Below, one piece after another: positions 1 to 22,959 of a DNA stretch of 64,000 nt; positions within the stretch are counted from its first letter, which is position 1, and the number at the start of each line of letters is the position of its first letter. The stretch comes from Marsupella aquatica (Eukaryota > Plantae > Marchantiophyta), in contig OZ316891.1 of NCBI GenBank assembly GCA_973895155.1, positions 9,921,875 through 9,985,874 on the forward strand, written 5' to 3'. The position numbers and the translations under genes are program-made. The notes below the pieces were generated by a model that was not told where the DNA came from, did not search any database, and was given only the letters and a program-made list of their open reading frames with translations.

Positions 1-2841
1 ATTCAAGCTCCAGAATGAGGGCAACACTCCCCGGAACATTCTGGAGGAGATCATTTGGAGCAAGGATGCCGAAGTTTCGGCGGTAAGTGTTCTCTTTCGC
101 CGAGTATTCGAGGCTTTTTTAACTTGACGTAGTTCTTCGACGAGCTGAGACAGGTCTGTCTCAATTTGGTACAACGTGGTGGATCGAATTAAGTTCCGGA
201 AGTACCTTGCTGTTGAATCCTTCGATGAAAAATTTTCAAGCAATCCCGACTCAGGGGTACTCGCAGGAAGTGTTAGCGCACGATGATAGACACCGTTGTC
301 CAACAAGAATGTGATCAGCAGAGCTCGTTTGGTGATGACATTATCCTTCTGGATGAAGATGAACCGAAAGGCTTATTGTTGACATTAGCTTTCCCGATGT
401 AGATGAAGGAAAAGACTCCTCTAGTGCAGCTGATGAAGGTTATGCAAGGAGTAGAGCCCGCGCGAGACTTCGTGGGCGCGCTACGCGAGAGAGCAGCAGA
501 AACGGGAGTGCCTGGCCTTATAGCTGAAGTTAAGAAGGCTTCCCCTAGCCGCGGAGTCATTCAGCCAAATTTTGATCCGGTACGTTGGTAATGTGATATG
601 CCATGTTTAGTGAAGTTTTCTTGACACTGCAATGTAGTTTTCTGTTCTCTCAATCGATCTCATTTGTGACCGAAGTCCTGTATAGGATGAAAATTCTTGC
701 CAGGAGTCCCTCACATGGGCTTGGCTTTGCTGTACCATTAACTCATTGTTTCTGCTGTTTTTGCAGGTTCGGATTGCTAAAGCTTACGAAGCTGGTGGAG
801 CTGCATGCCTCAGTGTCCTCACTGACTCCAAGTACTTCCAGGCAAGTAAAAAGTCAGTGTAAAGATTAGGACTTGGTGGGTCCAAACTGTTTGGAACGCC
901 TATATCAAGCTGTCTGACCTCCGTGGAGTTGTTGGATATTGGTTAAGTGTCTAGTCATAAAGTTTATAAGAGTTCAGACTGTTGAACACTGTTGCTACAT
1001 GGCGTGACGATATAGAAAGAATCCTTGTTTGGACAGTGTTCGTTAGGTGTCTGTTCTTGTCTGTCCAGATTGGAATGTCAGTGTAAATGAAGTTAACAGC
1101 GCAGTTCCTTTTGGTGTGGGTTTTGAACTACGAACAGGGAAGCTTTGAGAATTTGAAACTTATCCGTGGGGCTGGAGTTCAGGTACAATTCTTAGATTTC
1201 GAATGCTTCTTGTTAATCAAGTGAAACAATACGCTTAGTTGGTGGAAAATTGAGTATTGCATGATTTCCGAATTTTGATGACCATGGACTGTGTGGGATG
1301 TATGTTGTTTAATGTGGTTTAGCAATATCACTGAACTGTATTATATGGTTGGCGAGCAGTGTCCACTGTTGTGCAAGGAGTTCATTATTGATGCTTGGCA
1401 ACTGTTCTATGCACGAGCTCATGGCGCTGATGCTGTGCTTCTCATTGCTGCTGTCCTCCCCGATCAAGACCTTTTGTATCTATCCAGAATTTGTAAGACC
1501 CTGGGTCTGGCTGTTCTTATTGAGGTACGTTTGGCCTTGTCTGCTCCCTTTGAGACCTAGGAGCCTCATCATAGCGAAGGGAAGTAGTCGTGACTGTGCT
1601 TGTCACTTGATCACGGTGTGAAAGTTTTATTATTGGCTGTTGTGCAGCTTGTATCTTGTTGTTGTTGCATTAAACATCCAGGGAATGGTGATGATGGGCA
1701 GGTTCATACGCCTAGGGAAATGGGCCGAGTTCTTGCTCTGCCCGATGTGAAGATGATTGGGATCAACAATCGCAATCTGGGTATCAACATCTCTTACATC
1801 ATTCTATGTTTTACAGCCGATGTGCCTTTCTTTAAAGTTGGTATATCATCTGCTGCGGTTGTCTGCGAAAATTAAGTTCTCCTACTCCTTGAAATACTGG
1901 AGGAGGACCATCCGATTTAAGCTATATAACTTCCATAGTTATCTCCTTGCCTTGTAGAGCCCAATGGTAAATTCCCTTACTTTGATCTCCCGGTGATTCC
2001 TGGCAGCAACGTTCAAGGTGGACTTATTTAACACAGTAGAGTTGTTGAAAGGGGAACATGGGCAAGCTATTCGTGACAGAGAAATCTTGGTAAGCAATGT
2101 GCAGTTTTTCTCTAAACAGAAGCTGTGCACATCCTGACTTATATTCTTGATATTTTGTGATATATCTTCTGATTAGCAAGTCATCATGACAGCTTTGCAC
2201 TTCATGCTAGTCTCATGGCCTTAATGACTGATTCTAACTTTGCACAAGTTATCACTCCAGTACATTCGTCTGCCGTTGATCTTTGACTTGGATCGTTACA
2301 CTGAACAATTTAATTCTTGTAACAGGTGGTTGGAGAATCTGGTGTTTTTACCCCTGCAGACGTCAAGGTTGTAAAAGATGCTGGTGTTGGTGCGGTAAGT
2401 ACTTTTGTCAAGTTAGTCTTACTAGTTGACAGATGCTTCAGATTTTCGAAGGTTCGTATCTTGTATAATGGATCTCCTGATGGTGGTATTATATACCCTT
2501 GTTTAGGGCAGAGAGATCTTATGGTCTTTGGCAGGGGAAATTCCTGTTTCCGCAATGAACTCTAGTTCCTTACTGCAAGGTTGCAAGATACTCTTATCTG
2601 AGGAGTTGGTTTTAGCATGTCATCTTGTGAGGTGCGCATGTGCAGTATACAGCCAATGAACCCATTGGCGCCTTGGGTGTTAGCTATTCATTGGTCTGAT
2701 TTAAATTTTGGCTCTTGTGACCAGGTGTTGGTGGGAGAGTCCCTTGTCAAGCAGGATGACCCAACTGCCGGCATCAAGGCACTTTTTGGGAAGGACATTT
2801 CAAGATCTCCTAAGTCAGAGTTGAAGGCAGCACTAGCTTAA
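1..2841 (+). CDS. IGPS: Indole-3-glycerol-phosphate synthase (TrpC/IGPS), multi-exon, 5' end outside the window
   Basis: Spliced exons read [97 protein letters not shown] and [14 protein letters not shown]; stop TAA at 2839-2841. Confidence 0.97.
842..1137 (+). other. GC-AG intron in IGPS
   Basis: ...TACTTCCAG|gcaagt ... cgaacag|GGAAGCTTT joins KYFQ to GSFENL in frame. Confidence 0.85.
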
Positions 2842-3329
2842 ACCTGAAGAACCTTTATTTTTCAAAGGATAGAGTAGGTCATGGGAATTCGGACATACCT
2901 GTTAGACCGAAGTTTCCAAACAGCGGAACACATTTTGTAGCCAAGAGTTATTCAATTTTTTGTGCAATTTAAGTGGGAACTCTTACTTATTTGCAGCCGT
3001 TTAGAAATTTGTACAGAAACGTGGTGTAAGCTTCTTTCTGAAATCGAAGGCTTCTCATACTTCAGGCGTTTGTAAAAGAGCCCTAATTTGTGCCTTTTCT
3101 TAAGACTAGACTCTTAGTGGCCTGTGGTCGTATATGATAATGGGAGACTCAAAGGCCATCCCTAGGTCAAAGGGGTTTTGTAAGCCGGGCAAGTTCTGAT
3201 GACTTTCTCATTACTAATAATGTTCAAAGCAGCCATCCCTAGTCTAAAGGGATGGTCATTATTTGAAGAGCGTCCCTTTGGAGGCGCCTTCATCCATGAT
3301 GTGTAGCTTGCATGTTAACATGGGTTCTA

Positions 3330-3575
3330 CTGTAGTTCAATTCCTGACCATACAGTTATACCCATCTTCAGAACTTGACTAGACAGTTTTACTCTTCCAT
3401 GTAACACGTGTTATACTGTAGTACAATTTTCTGACCATATAGGTTTGGTTCTGGACCAATTACCGACCAGACAGTTTTACCCCTGTTCCAACCATCTGAG
3501 GTGATTCAATGTGTCCTAAGCCTAGCTGCCCCAACCCGCTTAGGCAGATTCAATGTGTCCTAAGCCTAGTTCCCA
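3330..3575. repeat. Cluster of short local duplications downstream of IGPS
   Basis: gattcaatgtgtcctaagcctag occurs at ~3503 and ~3547; a ctgaccata...agacagttttac block occurs twice (~3343-3392 and ~3431-3480). Confidence 0.6.
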
Positions 3576-4321
3576 TAGGTTTTTCAAAGGGGGCTCCCCT
3601 TTAAATCACCCTGCGTGGATCAAACTGGCACGGTACAGGAGATAGTGAATGGAATGTGTTCTTGGACTATCCCTTATATATGGACAGGGGTGGTTTAGAA
3701 AAGATCAGGTAGTAGCAGCTATCTTCCAAGCTGAGCTAGTGGTGGTGCTAAGACACTCCTTTGTCCACTTCGCACCCTGGAATTTTATTAGTGGATGTGA
3801 TTTGTACATCCCTTCTTCTAATTAGGCCTCCCGCCAACCCTTCACACACCCTCCCCTCTAGAGTTGTTCCCACAAACGGATCCTAAAACTCCCCCACAAC
3901 GCCACTCTCCACCGCCCCTCTTAAGCCATACCTGCTACCTCCATAACTTTATAAATAACATCTTCCAGCCAAACATCTTCATAATGATAATCTTTAGATT
4001 GTAAAGTGTCTATTCTAGTAAGGATTAGAACCAAACTCCGTGACCACCACCACCACCACTTCTAACCAGGACATGGAAGAGTAGCTGGTGCTGGGGAGCT
4101 GACAATGGAGCTGGCTACCTGGGAATGCATGGACCTGGGAATGCATGGGAGATGCACTTTTTTGGCCTCACCTCTATTCACATCAAATAATGGGTATTTG
4201 GGCTGGAACCCACTTAGCATCAATTGACATTTACGCCTATCATCACTTATATACACAATACTCACGCAGTATCGACCATACTACTGTGCAGTGACTACAC
4301 TACAGTAGTTAGTGATACTTC

Positions 4322-4880
4322 GTGTGGAAGACCAACAATGTGAGGATTGACGAATAGGTTTCATCTGTTTGTGAGAAAATCCTGTCAGCTAATATTTGTA
4401 TGTCGAGATCAGGGCCGCGAATTTGTAGCCGAATTGACGCAAAGATGATGACAATGTGAGGGTGAACGAATAGGCTTCATTTTAAAAAGTCCTTCTCAGG
4501 CACTGTATGGTTTCTGGAGCTCAGGGCCGCGAATTTGAAGCGGAATTGCCGTAAAGATGGTGACCATGAGAGGAGTAACTGATAGGGTTCGTCTGTCTGC
4601 GAGAAAATCCTCCTCTGGCTTTGTGTGGTTTCTCGAGCGCAGGGCCGCGAATTTGCAGCCCAATTGATCCAAAAGGTGATGCCAATGCAAGAGTTAACGA
4701 ATCAAGGCTTCTCCGAGAGATCGGTGCTCGACCAGCTGGTCTCCATCGGTGATAGATCAGTGTGGAAGGTGATGACAATGTGAGGATTAACGATCAGGTT
4801 TCATCTGTTTGCGAGAAAATCCTCGTCAGGCACTGTTGTGGTTTCTCAAAGCTCGGAAGCCTGGAATTTGAAGCGAACGT
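4322..4880. repeat. Diverged ~110-120 bp tandem repeat (about 5 units) directly upstream of the TRM5-like start
   Basis: Recurring acaatgtgagg...aacgaataggtttcatctgtttg.gagaaaatcct and cagggccgcgaatttg.agc segments. Confidence 0.85.
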
Positions 4881-4884
4881 GCTG

Positions 4885-7800
4885 ATGCAATGCTGCCACG
4901 CCCTGCGGGGGGCTACCGCTGCCTCTGCGTGTGAACGCCAGCTGCTTTGTGCTCGGGGCCGTTCTAGCGGACCAATCCCGTGTTCGACGACGAGAGCATC
5001 TGCGCACCTAGAGCAGTTCACTTATCGACCTCAACCCTCGCCGCTGAAGGCCCCTTCGTTACGAAGAGGTTGGATCTTAAGCCACAATCACGGTGCACCT
5101 GATCGCGCGCTAGAAATCCTATTGCCGAGATGGGAGGAGGGGCAGGAGCCGGAGCCGGAGCGGGAGCGGGAGCGGGAGGAGGATTTGTCACAAGCTCAAC
5201 AATGGAGCAGTCAGGGAGGAGGAGGAGGAGAGGAAAATCTCGTCGGTGGAATGGAATACGCCATCGAGGGAAGCAAAGTGAGTGTCCCAAGCGTCAATAA
5301 TGGTCGGGGAATTGATCACATGGTCGAAGAAAATGAGCTGAATGACGAAGAGGGCCCGATTGTAACGAAGCCGAAGTATGTGAGGGGCCCGGCCATCGAC
5401 AAGAAGAGTTTCATGAGGATTTACTACATTTCAGCCTTACGGGTCCCGGCAGCGGAGTGCTGGGATCTCGTTTTCGAGCTGAGAGAGCGCTTGCTCAATT
5501 GGCCACGGGTGAACAACATTGGCAGGGTTCCAGGGGATGATGTCGATGAAGACCTTACCTCTGTTTTTGTGGAGACTGCAGAGCGGAAAAAGAGAGTCAC
5601 ACGAGACGAGATCCTAGCTGCAGTGTACACGGACTCGGGGACGGAGCTCTCAGGGAGAAAGCTGGCTGTGGAGGCTACTAGGAAAGGCAGCGACAAGCGG
5701 GAAATGGTCGGAAGTCCAGATACAGCTACTCTGCTGGAGCTGGTGGAGACCGAAGACGAAAATGAGCAGGAAGACAATACTTCAGCCGGTGGCGTTCCAT
5801 ATTTGAATCGTTCGAAGAAGTGGACAGGACCAACTAGGTTATTACTTTTAGATGATTCGTTTGTGGGTAAAATGATTTCGGAGCTTCCCCCTAATTTGCA
5901 GGTCTGCTCTTTTGTTCGACCTCGAAGATCCAGTGTGGTTTTAATTTAGAGTTTGAACGCACATTGCTACTGACTAATCAGTTCAAGGTTAGTACTTTGT
6001 TTAGATGGGTAGCGATATGCGACATGTGATTTGTAATGACTGCTGGGTGGGTCGCGCTTTGGAAATATCCAGCTGAAGAGTTCTAAGTCATATTCATTTT
6101 TTGCAGTACAGGCTGTGTACTCCAGATTTGAACACCTCAATTCAAAAGCAGGACTGGTGAATTGCAGGCTGACAATTTTCTACGAGTATTGGTCAATGGA
6201 TGAGGTTGGGAAATCCAGAATCTAAACTATCCCTTGCAGATAAAACGTTCTCTTTTGCATTACTTTCGTGCCAAACTTGTCGTGTCCTTCTGGACGATTG
6301 TCCTTGTGTGAGTTCAGTAATATCTATGTCATTTTGTACCTTCCGCGTTAGTCACCGCGGCCAAGATAGAATGTTTGAATTTTCGGCTTATTGTTTAAAT
6401 TTTTTCTTAAATCTTCGGAACGTGACTGACCCTTTCAAGTTATACCCAGGTGTTGCGGGAACTCCTTCCAGCAAAAGCATATGCACCAGTCAAATTTGAT
6501 AGAGCAGGCCATGTTGCTGAGTTGAGACTTCATCCAGAGCACCTGCCTTTTCGCCATTTGATCGCTCAGGTATTGCCCACATTTATGAAAAAGTGCGGAC
6601 CCTCGGGACTTATATTTTTTTGCGTGATGCCAAGCTCGTCGGTGGGGAATGGCCTCCCGCTAAAATACTTCATTCATGTCTTCGGGGGATGTTCCTTGTT
6701 ACTGTAGCGTTTGGATACATTGAAGCGGAAAGTTTGTCATTTGGCAGGTGACTGTGGAGAAAAACAAGCCTACAGTCAGATCCGTAGTATTCAAGAGATA
6801 TATACGTGATGCACAGCAATATGCAGTGCAGCTTGAACTGCTTGCTGGAACCACTTCTCTTGTCACTACAGCATGGGAATATGAAATTCCCTTCCGGATT
6901 GATATGGCATATATGTGAGTTCTTGCAACTCAAAAGTTCCTTTCCACCGGAGTGAAATGAGAGTAGGAATGCATCGTCACACTGATCTAGGTTCAAGCTA
7001 CATTACTTACAAACTAGGGATAAGTTTTGTTGGGTAGTGGCCTTTTGGCAAAGGGGAGTCAGAGAACTTGCCAGGAGGAATGAGTAAATGTTTAAAGTTT
7101 AGGGTGACACTATTGGCCCATGGGACTGCTTGCACAATTATGTCAGTGGGGCTGTTAGGTTCATGTAAAGGTTTACTGCATCCGGTCATAATGTTAAATA
7201 TTGTCTGTTTGCGTGGTTGTAGGATTTGGGATCCAAGACTCAGCTCCGAGAGGCAGCGTCTAGTCAATTCGTTTTCGAGAAATGATGTGGTTTGTAAGTG
7301 CTGAATTTTCACGCCTATTCTAATGTCGTCCACGCATAAGCTGAGTTTGCGTCAATAGGCACTCCTTGGTAGTTCACGAGGTTCTCCCATTGAGAGCTTT
7401 ATTCCAAACTGAGTTATGCGTAGCCATTAATGTCGTCTGTTACTAAACTTGTTCTCTGAGGAACTGTTCGCGCTTTGGGCCTTCTCTTGCTGTCAATTGA
7501 GACTCAGTCCGCGTGATGCTCGAGTTTTGGCATCTGTGATAGGTGACATATGTGCAGGAGTGGGCCCAGTGGCTATACCTGCTAGCAAGAAAGTCAGAAG
7601 GGTTTATGCCAATGACGTCAACCCCCATGCACACCTTTATCTAGGCAGGAATGTAATGGAGAACAAGGTCTCAGGAAGGATTGAGGTAAGCTCACCAAGG
7701 CCTGAAACGTGTTGGGGTGGCCCGTGCTCAGTAGTCTGTGGGAAAAGGGTTTGCATGTCTGGCTGAGTAAGTGTCGAGCCGAAGCTTTCTGAGATGGTGC

Positions 7801-9213
7801 AGTGAAATGATGAGCCTCTGCAGTGTACGAAAGTCCAGGAGGCATCCCACAATTCAGTTTGCGCGGTTGCACAATGTGCGGTGTGCTTAACGTGGAAGGA
7901 GCTGTGCCGGACTAGTTGTTGAATGTGCTCAGCAGAATCATCCTGGTCCTGATGTCGGAACCCTTTCATCACTGCTTCCACGTTGGGATCACCTCCCATT
8001 ATGCACATTAATGGAGGAGATAGTGCCAAAGAGTAGCTGGAGGAATCTGTGTGGTGATAAGTGCATTGCCTTTGGTGGTTTGAGAGGTGCAATTTAGGAG
8101 GTGGGTTGTGGGAGTAAAGTGAAGAGTATCGCGAGGCCAGGAGTAATTTAAGGTTTGCATTTGAGAAATGAGAGACAGGATAGGCATGTTACTAGGACAT
8201 AATTGCAGAATTCAGTACGGTTGTAGTCAGGAGTAGCTTGCCACCTTGGCCTGGTAAAAACTTGGATGTGTGATGTTCTACTTTTACAGGTCTTCAATGA
8301 GGATATTGAGACGTTCTTGAGCAAGATATTCTGTACTGGGAGGCCTTTGCCAATAACTCAAGTCGTCATGAGCCACCCTTTTCCCGCAGCAGAATTCCTG
8401 GGTAATGCTCCTGGTGTTGGGTTCAAAGCTAGTTTCTGAAGAGGAAATTATTTTCCGGCATCTTATCTGGCAGTGATTTGACCGTTTCATAGAATGCGGT
8501 TTTTCTGAAGGAAATAATACCAAGCCTGTCGTTGTGGTCGCTAGCACGTACCTCACTCTCTTGGCCTTCTTCTTCAATGTCGAAATAGGGCTTTTTCAGG
8601 GTTCATTCTGTCGACGAACGTGGCCAAATGCTTTACTGCCGAGGATTCATCTTTATGGAATTTTAGAGGACAGCGATCCAGAAGAAAGTTTCACCAAGGT
8701 TAGTGCACTGTTCTATTTCTTAGTGGACGCCTATTGGTTGGGAGGAGCTTAAAATTAACTATTATAGATTGTTACCCCAGAATTATTCTTCCTAGTCTAA
8801 CCGGTCAACCCATAATCTGCTGTGTGACTAGAATGAAATCTTAGACAAACGGTACTACTTGGCTTTTATCTAAGCGATTTTCTGCAAATTCTCAATTCCT
8901 GCTAGGAATCCATAATCAATCATACAGATTACTATTGCGTATATCTGACGACCCTGGCATTGCACCTCAAATTAATCAAGAGTGATGAGGTCTAGTGTTT
9001 CCGTTCGGCTCTCTCAGTTTATCCAATTTCGCGGAGGATGCAGAAGTAGTGCACTCCACTGACCTTGCAAAGTTTTGGGTCTCGCAGGAAATCGGAGGTG
9101 TACTACAAACTACTGACTGTAAAATATCTACACATTTAGTTCTGGAGACGGCCCGTGGAGAATGGATAGTATGTGCTTCATTCATCTTGCCACCCGAATT
9201 TGGCTTTAGGTAA
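4885..9213 (+). CDS. TRM5: TRM5-family (tRNA m1G37 methyltransferase, plant TRM5B-like) protein, strongly diverged, probable N-terminal transit peptide
   Basis: ALRVPAAECWDLVFELRERLLNWPRVNNIGRVPGD, PTRLLLLD, GHVAELRLHPEHLPF, RLSSERQRL, DICAGVGPVAIPA...VYANDVNP, LPRIHLYG and WIVCASFILP. The start at ATG 4885 is inferred. Confidence 0.88.
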
Positions 9214-9599
9214 TTTGGTCACCAAGGATATAAGTGTTCTAAATGCCTGTGGAAATTATGTCACGTCACATTCGTATTAAGGGGAAACAACAGATACGTA
9301 ACCCAAACTAGGGAAGTCAGATTGCTATCTTTCCCGGGATGCAGGTAATATCTGTAAGGTATGTGATGTCCTAATGTATTGGCCGGTACGCATGGTTGTG
9401 CCTTTTCCAGGTGTCAGTAACGCATCGTAATTTGCTTCTGTACCATATTCATTGCCAACTCAGTCAAGGTACTAGTCTTAGATGAGACTTTATGACGAGA
9501 TTGCCTTTATTGGTGCATTGTGGATATTAAAAGAGAATTGATTTTATCTAATTATTAATTGAGAATGCCATTGTTTCAGTTTGTGAAGACTTCAAGTTC

Positions 9600-9842
9600 A
9601 ATATCTTGGGATCGTGCATTCGTAACCTTCTCGTGGAATTTGCCTTGCATATCTTGGGATGTTACAGTCGTAACTTTCACTGGGAGTTTGCCTCTAATTT
9701 CTTGGGATGGTATCATCTTCATTTTCTGAGGGAATTTGCCTTTGATATCTTGGGATGGTACAATCATAACTTTCTCGGGGACTTTGCCTTTGATATCTTG
9801 GGTTGGTACAGTACTAACTTTCTCAGGGAGTTTGCCTTTGCT
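9600..9842 (-). repeat. 48-bp tandem repeat x5, in frame in ORF 9576..9866 (16-aa units GK.P.KV..VPSQDIK)
   Basis: Units GKLPEKVSTVPTQDIK, GKVPEKVMIVPSQDIK, GKFPQKMKMIPSQEIR, GKLPVKVTTVTSQDMQ and GKFHEKVTNARSQDIE. Confidence 0.85.
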
Positions 9843-10332
9843 AAGCATGCACTTCAGTGGCCGCATTAGTTTTTGTGATCGCCGAAAGCCACCTGCATCT
9901 CATCATAGGCACTTTCCATTTAGTTGCTGATTAGGCGAAGCTGAAATGCGTTCATGAAGTGGGCTCCTGTCCTAGTTGTGGTGCTCTTGTTCTTTTCATG
10001 TTGGGAAGGGTGAATTCATTTCTTTCACAGTGAATTGCATTTTGGAGTTTCATGACATTCTTCATTTTGAAAAGGGTTTCACAAATCTTCAAATAGTTCG
10101 ATAAATAAAGAAGGAAACTAATTTAATAACATGTTTGAGAGAGCAGACAGAGAAGACAGTGCCTAAGACACTCCCTGTAAGGAAAAGGTTTAATATGGAA
10201 TCACAGGGAATGGGGAAGGGCAATTTGGTGCTTAACAGCCTCGCCAGACCCAACTACCTGACCCAACTAGCAGACAAACATTTGAATCCCATGGGAGTTT
10301 AATTGGGTGACATTTAACCTCCCACAAGATTA

Positions 10333-10992
10333 AGATCCAAAATTGGGGTTAAAGACTCTCTCCATGTGCAGGACAGGAAACGCTTTAGGCCGAGATCTCA
10401 TTAATAAGGTCGAGGCCCCAGAAGTGGAGATGGCACTCGAGCTACTCGACGGATGAACTTGGTTAACTTGGGGTATGATCTCCTCTGGAAAACAAAACAT
10501 ATGAGGGCATTTAAGGAACGAGGGAAGACTGGGTTCACTAGGGTAGGATCTCCTCTGGAAAACAGAGACTGAACTACTCGACGGATGAACTGGGTTTACT
10601 TTGGGTATGATCTCCTCTGGAAAACAAAACCTATGAGGGAATTTAAGGAACGAGGGAAGAACTCGGTTCACTAGGGTAGGATCTCTTCTGGAAAACAGAG
10701 ACTGAGCTACTCGACGGATGAATTGGGTTTAGTTGGGGTATGATCTCCTCTGGAAAACAAAACATATGAGGGAATCTAAGGGACGAGCGAAGACCTGCGT
10801 TCACTAGGGTAGGATCTCCTTTGGAAAATATTGCTACCAGGGAGTTTAAGCAACTCGAGGGATGAGTTGGGTTTACGTAGGATCGTTACAACCAAGACCA
10901 AGATCCAAAATTGGGGTCAAAGACTCTCCAAGTGCAGGACAACAAAAACTTATGCCGAGATCATCACTAAGGTCGAGGCCCCAGAAGTGGTG
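10333..10992. repeat. 132/133-bp tandem repeat x3 (plus a partial copy), bracketed by a ~95-bp direct repeat
   Basis: ctactcgacggatgaa starts at 10442, 10574 and 10707; each unit contains gggta(t/g)gatctcctctggaaaa twice; aagatccaaaattggggt...aaggtcgaggccccagaagtgg occurs at ~10333 and ~10900. Confidence 0.9.
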
Positions 10993-11130
10993 GATTCAAA
11001 AGAGGCTCTCAATCCTTAAACTCTTAGTCCCCATGACAATGGTGAGATTTCAATATTGTCCTCAGGCTGTCAAAGTGCTATGTGAGTACTCGCCCCTCTC
11101 ACGACTATCAGAGGAAAAGGTCGAAAGAAG

Positions 11131-22959
<11,829 letters not shown>

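Noticed and set aside
4762-4884. N-terminal extension of the 395-aa ORF from GTG 4762
   Set aside because: Non-ATG start lying within the tandem repeat; ATG 4885 is the more plausible start.
10330-10671. 113-aa repeat-containing ORF on the minus strand
   Set aside because: Unit lengths are 132 and 133 bp, so the frame is not preserved, and the start is GTG.
10442-10830. CRISPR-like look of the recurring gatctcctctggaaaaca motif
   Set aside because: The intervening sequences repeat as well (alternating, not unique), the context is eukaryotic and there are no cas genes; this is a tandem repeat.
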